Origin: a virus
Lineage: Duplodnaviria > Caudoviricetes
IMG/VR virus record: IMGVR_UViG_2896201746_000001
Span: 32,001-96,000 of that record
Direction: 5' to 3' (one strand)
DNA: 64,000 nucleotides
Shown: positions 9,653-18,491 of the stretch, in pieces
Numbering within the stretch: the stretch's first letter is position 1
Layout: each line of letters opens with the position of its first letter
Made by a program: the position numbers and the translations under genes
The notes under the pieces: model-generated
Told to the model about the DNA's origin: nothing
Database searches by the model: none
What the model saw: the letters and a program-made list of their open reading frames with translations, nothing else

Positions 9653-10246
9653 ATGTCCCTGGATTCCCTCGACCCCGCCTGGGCCAAGCTGGTGCAGGAA
9701 GGCTACGCCGCGGTGACAACGGACACGACGCCCGACAGCAAGCCCCGCATCGTCGAGCTGGCCGAGATCGTCAGCCGGGCGGCGCAGCATTTCGTTCAGG
9801 TCGGCCCGGCCGTCGTTCTCGACGCCGCGATCCTGCTGCTCGACAGCAGCAAGGGCGGGCGCGGCATGCGGATCTTCGTGAAGGCCGCCGACGCCGCCGG
9901 CGAGTTGCACAGCCTGATGCTGAGCGGCAACACGAAATACATCGACCTCAAGCTGCGCGAGTACCGCAGCGCCAAGGACGACACCTTCAAGTTCGACAAT
10001 TCCGCTGAATTAACAGAGGACTACCTGTTCTACCTCGCCCGAAAGGCGAACAAGTTAAAGCGGAATGGCAACAACGCGCCGGACATCAATCCGTCCTGGT
10101 CGAGCGCGGTGCTCGCCGAGGTGAAGGCCCGCTGGCAACCCGCTGCCGCGACACCGATAATCGCACCGCCGACGTCGACGGTGCTGCCCTGGCAGACGGC
10201 ACCGGCTGCGCCGGTTGTGGCCGGTGAATGGTCGGAGGGCTGGTGA
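9653..10246 (+). CDS. Hypothetical protein ending WSEGW
   Basis: ORF after operator motif; RBS GGAG. Confidence 0.7.
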   Translation: MSLDSLDPAWAKLVQEGYAAVTTDTTPDSKPRIVELAEIVSRAAQHFVQVGPAVVLDAAILLLDSSKGGRGMRIFVKAADAAGELHSLMLSGNTKYIDLKLREYRSAKDDTFKFDNSAELTEDYLFYLARKANKLKRNGNNAPDINPSWSSAVLAEVKARWQPAAATPIIAPPTSTVLPWQTAPAAPVVAGEWSEGW

Positions 10247-10707
10247 TGTCGACCATCAAGATTCGCGTCACCTATCTGGAGTGCCGCACCGGCCACTCGA
10301 ACAAGTGGTATGTCGGCGTCGACCTGTCCGAGGCGATCGCCGACGGCGAGGAGCGGGCGCTGGTCGGTCATGGCCCGATCGGCTCGATCCAGTCGCTGAC
10401 CGCGACGACGGTACGCGACATGAGCGCCAAGCTGCGCCAGAAGCAGTCGGCGCGGAAAGGCTACGACAGGGCAACGTTCGAGTTCGGCTCGGCCTGGGGC
10501 CGCACGCTCGCCGAGGCGCTGATCCGCAAGACCAAGGAGCTGCTCGGCAGCACGCTGGGGCCGGCCGTGGCAAGCGTCACAACGGAGATGGATGGCGCGG
10601 GCGGGCTGTGGCTGAAGCTCGATCTCGGCGAGATCGCGGAGACGCCCGCTCCATCCGCGCCGGCCGATGTCGTGCTCGACGACGCGCCATGGGCCGAGGG
10701 CTGGTGA
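10246..10707 (+). CDS. WGR-domain-like protein ending WAEGW
   Basis: YLECRTGHSNKWY...HGPIGS...KQSARKGY resembles the WGR domain consensus; TGATG coupling. Confidence 0.6.
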   Translation: MSTIKIRVTYLECRTGHSNKWYVGVDLSEAIADGEERALVGHGPIGSIQSLTATTVRDMSAKLRQKQSARKGYDRATFEFGSAWGRTLAEALIRKTKELLGSTLGPAVASVTTEMDGAGGLWLKLDLGEIAETPAPSAPADVVLDDAPWAEGW

Positions 10708-11129
10708 TGCCGGCGCTGGGAACGCTTGAGGCCGACTTCATCCTGATGGCCGACGAGCTGCTGGTCTGGGCGATGAAGCGCCAGCTCGATCCCGACCGCC
10801 CGGAGGATCTCGCCGAGATCCGCAAGAAGGCGCTTCAGCTCTTCGAGATGGACATCGTCCACGGCATCTTTCACCACGCCGACCAGGTTGTCGCGGACAT
10901 GGTGGCGCGGGTCACGCGCGATCTGCGCAGCGAGAAAGGCGTGCTGGAGACGATCAGGGCGACGATGGCGCGGATCAGGCGGCACGAGGAGCATCGGAGC
11001 GCCGTCGAGGAGCTGCAGGCCCTCCAGCGCCATCTGCCGCTCCTTGAGCGCCTGTCGGCCCGCCTGGAGGAATTGGCGGCACCGCTGCTCGAACAGCGCG
11101 CGGCGTATGAGGCATGCGAAGGGTGGTAA
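10707..11129 (+). CDS. Helical hypothetical protein ending ACEGW
   Basis: Starts MPALGTLE at TGATG overlap. Confidence 0.7.
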   Translation: MPALGTLEADFILMADELLVWAMKRQLDPDRPEDLAEIRKKALQLFEMDIVHGIFHHADQVVADMVARVTRDLRSEKGVLETIRATMARIRRHEEHRSAVEELQALQRHLPLLERLSARLEELAAPLLEQRAAYEACEGW

Positions 11130-11200
11130 CGCTTGCGCTCGCCGCGCGGCGTTTCAGCATGCGACTATCATTCATCAATGAGTGTTTGCGAGGTCTTGAC

Positions 11201-11758
11201 ATGAACGTCGATGCCGAAGCCGGAAACAACTTCTTCCAGTTCCAGTGCCAGATGTCCGGCCAGCGCCATTTCTACGGCGGCTGCCAGTACCGGATCGCCA
11301 AGATTGAGGCGCGCGAGGACCGCGGTCGCTGGCCGGAATGCGTCGGCGCGCTCGGCCGCGGCCAGTGCCCGGCCAAGGCGATGTTCGAGAAGGAAGTCGC
11401 GCACTGGGCGACGATCTTCTACCGCGACCGCGACGACTGCGGCCCCGGCATCGTCAAGCGCGCCGAGCTGGGCATGCCCGCCCGCAGCGAGCGCGAGGTC
11501 GCCGAGCATCACGAGCTGCTCCGCCAGCAGGGCCAGCAGCCTTACAAGCCCGTCGAACTGACGGCCAAGCAGATCGAGGCGCTCGCCCGCCAGCGGCAGA
11601 TTTCCGAGGCCATGAGCGCCGCCGTCGAGGCCCGCTCGAAGCGCTCGGGAAGCAAAAAGGACGCGCCCGCCCCGGCTCCCAAGCGCGACGTCGATCCGTT
11701 CGCCGGCATCGACCTGGGATCGCTCATCAACCAGGAGCTGGAGGGAGTGGCCGCCTGA
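11201..11758 (+). CDS. Cys-rich hypothetical protein
   Basis: C..C..C..C pattern in N-half; ends ...GIDLGSLINQELEGVAA. Confidence 0.7.
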   Translation: MNVDAEAGNNFFQFQCQMSGQRHFYGGCQYRIAKIEAREDRGRWPECVGALGRGQCPAKAMFEKEVAHWATIFYRDRDDCGPGIVKRAELGMPARSEREVAEHHELLRQQGQQPYKPVELTAKQIEALARQRQISEAMSAAVEARSKRSGSKKDAPAPAPKRDVDPFAGIDLGSLINQELEGVAA

Positions 11759-12066
11759 TGTCCCAACTCTACACCATCACCATCCGCCGCGTCCGGCTGC
11801 GCTATCTGGCCGACGGCACGCTGGTCGAGGAATCGGTGACGCAGACGATCAGCGGCCTGCCGCCGGCGCTGGTCGAGACGTGGAGGCGGGACTTCCCGCA
11901 GGCCTTCGTCTCGGCCATCGCAGAGGACGCGCATTACGACAAGCGCCGGCCCGGCCAGTATTGCAGCACCGGCGGCCGGCCGGGCATTGCCGAGCGCCGC
12001 GCCCAGGCCACGCGCAAGCCCTCGCCAGCGCCGGCCGGCATCGACCTGGGATCGCTCATCAACCAG
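11702..12066 (+). repeat. 33-bp perfect direct repeat (11702-11734 and 12034-12066)
   Basis: gccggcatcgacctgggatcgctcatcaaccag in both gene ends. Confidence 0.95.
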
Positions 12067-12081
12067 CAGCTCCAGGAATGA
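11758..12081 (+). CDS. Hypothetical protein
   Basis: MSQLYTITIRR..., TGATG coupled; ends ...GIDLGSLINQQLQE. Confidence 0.7.
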   Translation: MSQLYTITIRRVRLRYLADGTLVEESVTQTISGLPPALVETWRRDFPQAFVSAIAEDAHYDKRRPGQYCSTGGRPGIAERRAQATRKPSPAPAGIDLGSLINQQLQE

Positions 12082-12266
12082 GCGCCGACCGCTTTGTCGT
12101 CATCCGCAACTGCCCGCAGATGCCGCTTCTGGTCGGCGTGCGGGCACGGATCACCAACATCGACTATGTGCCGTTCGCCGAGCGCCGCAATGCGCTGGTC
12201 GAGGTCGAGACGCCCGCCGGGCATCGGGAGTGGCTGATGCTGTCGGACGTCTCGCTTGCGTCATGA
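12078..12266 (+). CDS. Small hypothetical protein
   Basis: MSADRFVVIRNCPQ..., ATGA overlap. Confidence 0.6.
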   Translation: MSADRFVVIRNCPQMPLLVGVRARITNIDYVPFAERRNALVEVETPAGHREWLMLSDVSLAS

Positions 12267-12342
12267 TGGCGCGGCGGGCTGGTTATACGGGATAGTCCGG
12301 TGTAGGTGTGCTGAGCGAATGCCACGATGGGAAGATAAGGAA

Positions 12343-12702
12343 ATGACAAAAGTTACCGAGCTATATTTGGTGGAAAAAACCCATCACATCAAAACCTCTG
12401 ACGGAAAAGAATATTACTATGGCAGTCTCCCAATGCAGCCGTACATAAAGTGGGTTGGGCTGAATGGAATAGACAACGAATATATCTATACTTTGCAGAA
12501 GTCTCTCGATGAGACCATTATCGGGTCAATAGTCTTTCGAGAGCTGCCACAAGGCGTCCATTTTGTTGGAGCATCAATTCTGGAGAGTCTTAGGAGACTC
12601 GACAAAGATCAAAGGTATTCGGATATTCTCGATAGGATACCGGCCGAACTTCTTGGGCAGCTTGCGGTAGACAACGCCCATCACAAGGATTTTAAAGGCT
12701 AG
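12343..12702 (+). CDS. Low-GC hypothetical protein (moron-like)
   Basis: AT-rich ORF, RBS TAAGGA. Confidence 0.6.
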   Translation: MTKVTELYLVEKTHHIKTSDGKEYYYGSLPMQPYIKWVGLNGIDNEYIYTLQKSLDETIIGSIVFRELPQGVHFVGASILESLRRLDKDQRYSDILDRIPAELLGQLAVDNAHHKDFKG

Positions 12703-13565
12703 GTCTTCTTCTCGTCTCCAAGGAGGTCGAGCTGCACCGCGTCGACCTTCTTGGCGATCCTGGCCTTCCGCCCGACCTTGTGCCGCTTCACCTCGGCCGC
12801 GGCCTCCTTGAGCGCGTCCTCCTCCTTCGGGAACCAGCGCAGCTCGACATGGGTGATCGCCCGCCCCTTCTTCACCGGCGACACCTGGACATGACAGCTC
12901 GACAGCGCGTCGACCTCGGCGACGGCCGGCTCCAGGCAGAAGCGCCGGAAGTCCTGCCAGCGCTCCATCTTGCCCTTCGGCACGCCCAGCGCCGCGCGCA
13001 GCGCCTCCAGCTCGAACGTCTCGGTGAAGCGCCCGCGCAGGCCCGCCCGCTTCTGGACGATCTCGTAGAGCGCTTGGCTGTATTTCGAGGTCATCGCCAG
13101 CATGACCTGCGCCTGCAACCGACCCCAATGGTCCGACTTCGTGATGATCTCGATCACGGTGTCGGTGAAGCGGTAGTAGAGGTTGCCGTCCGGGTCGTCG
13201 TGGGTGAAGCGCGGGCCGAGGATGTAGTCCCTGTACCAGCCCGGCTTGCCGTCGCGCGTCTGCCGCATCTCGATCTGTACCGAGCGCAGCCGGTCGATCG
13301 TCTCATTGATCCGGTCGGTGCTGTCGTGGTTGCCGCGCAGCAGGCGCTTGGCGATGACATGTTCCTTCTTCTCCGTGATCGTCTCCCAGGCGTTGACGAT
13401 CAGCAGGTTGAAGACGGTGCGGTCATATTGGGTCAGGGCTTCGCCGCCGCGAATCTCAATCAGCTCCCCCGGCTTGGGGAAGCTGCCATCGCCGCCTTCG
13501 TAGGCTAGAAGCGGTTGGCCGACGATCGGCTGGTTGACTGTCCGTGATCCCATGGGGCCGGACAT
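12699..13565 (-). CDS. repA: Plasmid replication initiator (Rep_3 family)
   Basis: MTSKYSQALYE, LRAALGVP..KMERWQDFRRFCLEPAVAEV; adjacent iterons. Confidence 0.9.
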   Translation of the reverse strand: MSGPMGSRTVNQPIVGQPLLAYEGGDGSFPKPGELIEIRGGEALTQYDRTVFNLLIVNAWETITEKKEHVIAKRLLRGNHDSTDRINETIDRLRSVQIEMRQTRDGKPGWYRDYILGPRFTHDDPDGNLYYRFTDTVIEIITKSDHWGRLQAQVMLAMTSKYSQALYEIVQKRAGLRGRFTETFELEALRAALGVPKGKMERWQDFRRFCLEPAVAEVDALSSCHVQVSPVKKGRAITHVELRWFPKEEDALKEAAAEVKRHKVGRKARIAKKVDAVQLDLLGDEKKT

Positions 13566-13599
13566 TACATGGCCGCGCAGCGCGAAGCGAGCGCCAGCC

Positions 13600-14034
13600 C
13601 AATCCCTCACCCTTCAGCGTGGGCAGAATCCTGGGAATCGCCGGCCCCGGCCCGATTCCTCACCTTTGGCCCGCCCAATCTCTCACCTTTGCCCCGGCCC
13701 CATTTCTCACCCTTCGGCCGCCCGATTTCTCACCTTTCGGCACGGCTCGCCGACAAGCGGCCGGAGACGGCGCAAACCGCGACTCCGCCCCATTTCTCAC
13801 CTTTGCCGGCAGCCAGATTTCTCACCCTGGGGATAAGTTGCCCGCCCGATTTCTCACCTTTGCAGGCCCAATAACTCACCAGAATCGGCCCCATTTCTCA
13901 CCAGAATCGGCCAGATTTCTCACCTGAAGCGGTGAATCAGGATTGCGATTCAATGGCTTGCCAGAGCCAAAGTATGAAATAGGAAATTAGAAGTTAGGGC
14001 GGGAGCAATCAGCGCCCGCCCGGTTTCTCACCTT
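13600..14034. repeat. Iteron origin: about 12 copies of ATTTCTCACC(TTT), many about 22 bp apart, plus an AT-rich tract
   Basis: Copies near 13600, 13655, 13677, 13701, 13723, 13791, 13816, 13848, 13870, 13892, 13914, 14022; AT-rich tract 13968-13995. Confidence 0.9.
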
Positions 14035-14299
14035 AGAAGCCCTGTGCGCGCAGCAGGTCGTCGAAGAACTCGCCGATTTCCTTGCCCTGGCTGACCAGAT
14101 CGGCCTTCAGTTTCAAGGCTCGCGAGCGCTCCAGCCGGAAGCAGACGTTAACCGTGTCCTCGGCGAGCAGCCCAGGACGCTTCGTGCGATGACGCCGGCG
14201 GACTTCCTCGGATTCCGGGATCGCTTCCTGCGTCGACGCCGCGGCGGCAGCGCGGGCGCGGGAGGCCATCTCTTCCGGGGTCATTCGGGGCTTAGCCAT
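14033..14299 (-). CDS. ParG-like RHH partition adaptor
   Basis: Flexible Arg-rich N-terminus plus TVNVCFRLERSRALKLKADLVSQGKEIGEFFDDLL (beta-helix-helix); overlaps parA stop. Confidence 0.7.
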   Translation of the reverse strand: MAKPRMTPEEMASRARAAAAASTQEAIPESEEVRRRHRTKRPGLLAEDTVNVCFRLERSRALKLKADLVSQGKEIGEFFDDLLRAQGF

Positions 14300-14924
14300 T
14301 CTTCGTGATCTCCAGGATGCGATCCAGCAGACGGGTGATCTCGGCAGCGCCTGGGTTCTTCGGATCGACGTCCGACAGACCCAGGCCCTCCATTCCGTAG
14401 GCTCCGAAGCCGACACGGTCGCGGATCGGGTCGGCAACGATCGCCTTGCCGCCGCTCAGCCCCGACACCACGATCGGCACCTCGGATTCCTGCTTTTCGG
14501 TTTTGATGCGGTTGGGCGCGACGAGCGGAATCTTGCCGGCCTTGTCGACCACCTCGAAGGTGCGGCCGAACGCGAGATAGTCCGGGCCGGTCGGCTGAAG
14601 GGGGAAAACGACCAGATCGGCGACCGTGACCGCCGGCTTGATCTCGGCTTTCTTACCGGGGGTGTCGATAAGAATGAAGTCCCACTCCTTCGACTGGATC
14701 TCCTTGGCGATCCGCCCTTCCAGCCGCGAAACATCAAGAGCGTGCAGCTCCATGCCCGTCTTGTTCTCGCGCTCCCGGTATAAACCTGCGAGCGTGCCCT
14801 GTGGGTCGATGTCGACCAGGAGCACTTTAAGTCCGCGAGAAACCATCTGAATCGCCAATTCCCAGGCGAGTGTGGTTTTCCCGGCACCGCCTTTGGAGGC
14901 GATGAACGAGACGGCTTTGGTCAT
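14292..14924 (-). CDS. parA: Short ParA (ParF-like, type Ib) ATPase
   Basis: KGGAGKTT, DIDPQG, IDTPG; 210 aa, no N-terminal HTH. Confidence 0.93.
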   Translation of the reverse strand: MTKAVSFIASKGGAGKTTLAWELAIQMVSRGLKVLLVDIDPQGTLAGLYRERENKTGMELHALDVSRLEGRIAKEIQSKEWDFILIDTPGKKAEIKPAVTVADLVVFPLQPTGPDYLAFGRTFEVVDKAGKIPLVAPNRIKTEKQESEVPIVVSGLSGGKAIVADPIRDRVGFGAYGMEGLGLSDVDPKNPGAAEITRLLDRILEITKNG

Positions 14925-15127
14925 ACGATAAGCCTATTGGTCAATTGAGTCATGAAACTAACCTAGTAGGGTTTTCACTAACCCGCATTAGGCTTGTTTG
15001 CCTGTTGAAAGCGGCAGTTATCGCGCTTATCATTCATCAAAGACTGAAGACAGTAAGTTATGACTGTAGGTAGCAAACTACCTATGGTGAGGTCATCGGC
15101 CTGGTGAATCAGATTTGGGTGAAATCA

Positions 15128-15442
15128 ATGGCATCGTACCTCGATTTAGTGCTCCCCGGTGAAATCGTGGCGCAGCGTCGCAAGGAGCTGCACATGACCC
15201 AAACCGAAGTGGCGAAGAAAATGGGCTACCGCAACCCCAACTTCGTCTCGATGATGGAAAGCAACAGCAGCCGCGTCCCGATCGAGCGGTGCTTCGAGCT
15301 TGCCGATATTCTTGAGATGGACCGCATATGGTTCCTTAAGCGCGTGCTCGGCGATCATTATCCACAAGTCTCCGAAGAGTTGTTCTCCGCCGCCAGCCTG
15401 CGTCGCCTCCTCGATGAGGCCGAGCAGAAGGAGGCCGCCTGA
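15128..15442 (+). CDS. XRE-family HTH regulator (candidate repressor)
   Basis: RRKELHMTQTEVAKKMGYRNPNFVSMME...RVPIERCFELADIL. Confidence 0.85.
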   Translation: MASYLDLVLPGEIVAQRRKELHMTQTEVAKKMGYRNPNFVSMMESNSSRVPIERCFELADILEMDRIWFLKRVLGDHYPQVSEELFSAASLRRLLDEAEQKEAA

Positions 15443-15474
15443 CCGGGCGGCCTTCCTATTCGTTTGTCCATTTT

Positions 15475-15517
15475 AAAAAGGCCCAGCTCGCTTTCGCTTC
15501 GTGCTGGGCTTTTCTTT
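15475..15517 (+). terminator. Intrinsic terminator
   Basis: aaaaggcccagc...gctgggcttttct. Confidence 0.7.
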
Positions 15518-15570
15518 CGCTATCGTTTATCAGTCAGCGATGACATATCGTGTGTATGTAGGAGGAACGA

Positions 15571-18159
15571 GTGCCACGCCCGCTGAAAAAGCTGTCTGCC
15601 CGGCCGGCTGAGCCGCTCCCCGAGCTGCCGCCGCTCAAGCGCGAGAGCAAGATGGAGGCGCTGCGCCGGACTGCCGCGATCATCTCCGGCAATTTCGGCA
15701 TCCAGGTCGTGTTCGCCGGCAACCGCGCCTACACCGACTTCAAGCGCATCGTCGTGCCAAGCCTGCCTGACAACGCGCCCGACGATCTGGTCGACGCGAT
15801 CACCGGCTATGTCGACCATGAGATCGGCCATATCCTATTCACCGATCCGAACGAGAAGCGGCCGTTCCGTGAAAAGGATAAGCGCGCCCAGTTCATGACC
15901 AATGCGGTCGAGGACGTGCGGCAGGAGTTCCAGACCGCCAATCTCTACCGCGGCATGGGTCTTAACCTCGACCGCTCGGCGATCTGGTCGATCTCCAAGA
16001 TCCGGGAGAACTGGCAGAACGACGACGCCTACCCGGCCTTCAGCCGGTTTCTCGTTCTTGCAATCTGCTGGTGGCGGGCAAAGGTCGGTGGCCTGCCGGA
16101 AGCCCAGCAATTTCTCGACGACTGCGGCGGCGAGACGCTGAAGGTCGTCAAGCACTTCGCGGCGCGCATCGAGAAGTGGCACACCCTGCCCTCGACGGCC
16201 GCGGCCTATGACGAGGCCAAGGCGATCCTGGCCGAGCTGGACAAGCTCAACCAGCAGGCCAAGCAGCCGCCGATGCCCCCTCCTCCCCCGCCCCCGCCTT
16301 CCCAGCAGCCCAACGAAGAGACGGGTGAGGGTGGCGGCCAGGGCCAGCAGGACGAGCGCGACAGCAGCGGCGAAACCGAGAACGAGGAGTGCTCGTCGAA
16401 CGCCGATCCCGATGAGCCTGTCGAGCAGGACGATGACGGCGGCAACAGCGAGGGCAGCGCCGGCAGCGACAGCGACGAAGAGGCCGAACACGACGAGGCG
16501 TCCGGGGTCGATGACGCCGACGGCGACCAGGGCGAGGGGGAGCAGGATGACGAGCAATCGGCCGGCGGATCCGATCAGGACGATGCTGACGATGGCGATC
16601 AGGGCGGCGATGGTAGAGCCGGCGGCGACGGCGCTGATGAAGGAGCTGACGACGATCAGGGCGATGGCGATGCTGCCGGCCCGGCCGCTTCCGAAGGCGA
16701 CGAAGACGAGGCTGCTGGCGACGACGCCGATGACGGGGACGACGGCTCTGCTGGCGGCGATGCTGATGGCGAGGACGCCGACACCGGCGCAGACGCGAAC
16801 GGCGCTGGAGGCGATGGCGACGCAGATGATGACGACGCTGCGGACGCTGGAGACGACAGCGAAAGCGATGCGGGCGGCGCTGGAGGCGATGCCGGCGAAG
16901 ATGGCGCAGACGGCGAGGACGATGAGGGCGACGCCCCGGCCCCTGGCGATGACGGTGCCGGCGATGAAGATGGCGATGCCGCCGGCGACAGCAACGGCGA
17001 CGATCCGGGAGGCGATGGAGAGGGCGAGGAGGCTGACGACGAGCCGGTAGAGGACAGCCAGGAGGCCAGCGACGGCCGCGGCACCGATGACGTCGCCGAG
17101 GGCGGACCGAGCGGCATGCGCGGCGTGCTCGATGCGCTGTGCGGCGAGCAGAAGCGCGAGGCGCTCGAAAAGTCGTCGACCCTGCACGCCGTCATGCAGA
17201 GCGAGATCGAGGTCGACAGCCGTGCCGTCACCGGCCATCGCGCCTACACCGAAGAGTTCGATCAGATCATCGAGCCGGTCGGCGAGGCGACGCTGGAGAG
17301 CTACAGCCGGGCCTACGACGCGGTGAAGCCCTACGTCAACGTCATTGCCGGCGTGCTGACCCGTGTTCTGCTGTCGCGCACCACCGCGACCACGCTGCGC
17401 GGCCGGCACTCGGGCGCGGTCAGCTTGAATGCGATCAGCCAGCTCCGCGCCGGCCAGTCGAACGTCTTCCAGACCCGCCAGGAGGGCGCGAAGCTCGACA
17501 CTTACGTCGAGCTGGTCGTCGATCACAGCGGCTCGATGGACGGAAGCAAGATCGAGACGGCGATGCAGACCTGCATCGCGCTTGCCGAGAGCCTGGCGAA
17601 GATCGGCATCCCGTTCGGCATCTCCGGCTTCACGACCGGACTTGGCTGCGAAGAGCACGAGGCACAGGACAAAGATCTGTGGCGACGCGCCCGCGATTAC
17701 GTCTATGGCGCGTTTGCCAATCCCGATCTGGCCGACTTCGAGCGGATCGACCCGATCGTCGAGTTCCGCTACAAGACGCCCGAAATCCCGTTCGCCCAGA
17801 TGAAGACCAAGCTCGCGCTGATGCCCGGGCAGATGATGGGGGCCAACGCCGACGGCGACAGCATCTACAAGATCGCCAAGCGCGTCTCCCGCCGGCGGGA
17901 AAGCCGCAAGGTCATCATCGTCATGTCGGACGGCTTCCCGGCCGCGCGCCAGGGCAAGAACATCGAGGGCGACGCGGCCGAGCGCTACATGGCCCATGTC
18001 GCCAAGCTGCTCGCCCGGACGCCGGGCCTGGAGCTGGTCGGAATCGGCATCATGTCGGACGCGGTGAAGCACTACTACCCGCGCTGCGCCGTCATCAACA
18101 ACGTCGCCGATCTGCCGGCCGTGGCGATGAACGAACTCAAACACGCCCTGATGGGGTAA
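15571..18159 (+). CDS. CobT-like vWA protein with long acidic linker
   Basis: HEIGH, NAVED.R metallopeptidase-like N-terminus; D/G/E-rich linker; DHSGSM MIDAS; VMSDG; GIGI. Confidence 0.88.
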   Translation: MPRPLKKLSARPAEPLPELPPLKRESKMEALRRTAAIISGNFGIQVVFAGNRAYTDFKRIVVPSLPDNAPDDLVDAITGYVDHEIGHILFTDPNEKRPFREKDKRAQFMTNAVEDVRQEFQTANLYRGMGLNLDRSAIWSISKIRENWQNDDAYPAFSRFLVLAICWWRAKVGGLPEAQQFLDDCGGETLKVVKHFAARIEKWHTLPSTAAAYDEAKAILAELDKLNQQAKQPPMPPPPPPPPSQQPNEETGEGGGQGQQDERDSSGETENEECSSNADPDEPVEQDDDGGNSEGSAGSDSDEEAEHDEASGVDDADGDQGEGEQDDEQSAGGSDQDDADDGDQGGDGRAGGDGADEGADDDQGDGDAAGPAASEGDEDEAAGDDADDGDDGSAGGDADGEDADTGADANGAGGDGDADDDDAADAGDDSESDAGGAGGDAGEDGADGEDDEGDAPAPGDDGAGDEDGDAAGDSNGDDPGGDGEGEEADDEPVEDSQEASDGRGTDDVAEGGPSGMRGVLDALCGEQKREALEKSSTLHAVMQSEIEVDSRAVTGHRAYTEEFDQIIEPVGEATLESYSRAYDAVKPYVNVIAGVLTRVLLSRTTATTLRGRHSGAVSLNAISQLRAGQSNVFQTRQEGAKLDTYVELVVDHSGSMDGSKIETAMQTCIALAESLAKIGIPFGISGFTTGLGCEEHEAQDKDLWRRARDYVYGAFANPDLADFERIDPIVEFRYKTPEIPFAQMKTKLALMPGQMMGANADGDSIYKIAKRVSRRRESRKVIIVMSDGFPAARQGKNIEGDAAERYMAHVAKLLARTPGLELVGIGIMSDAVKHYYPRCAVINNVADLPAVAMNELKHALMG

Positions 18160-18174
18160 TAGAGGAATAGCTCA

Positions 18175-18354
18175 ATGGTTCAATTGACGGGCCCCGAGCG
18201 CGCGGCCTTGAAGACCGCGCTGCGCAATGAAATCGAGCGCCTGGAGGCGCTGTGCGGCCTTCGGCACGCCCTCCCCTACGAGAGGGAGTCATGGTCCGAG
18301 CAGATCGCTGATTCCAGATCGGCGCTCGCCAAGTTGGAGGCGCTGTCCGCATAG
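18175..18354 (+). CDS. Small helical protein (59 aa) flanked by two 8-bp arrays
   Basis: Manual translation MVQLTGPERAALKTALRNEIERLEALCG...KLEALSA; RBS GAGGA. Confidence 0.55.
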   Translation: MVQLTGPERAALKTALRNEIERLEALCGLRHALPYERESWSEQIADSRSALAKLEALSA

Positions 18355-18491
18355 CTCAATGCAGCAATAGCTCTATTCGGCAATGACTCCATGCGTGAAC
18401 GCGCGGGCACGTCTTCAATTGCCCTCTGGCGCTCGCGCGTGCGATGTTCTATCAGTCAGCGATGATAATAAACCAATAAGGGGTTTGTGTT

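Noticed and set aside
13600-14034. Possible CRISPR array
   Set aside because: Repeats are about 10-13 bp with short spacers next to a Rep gene; no cas genes; they are iterons
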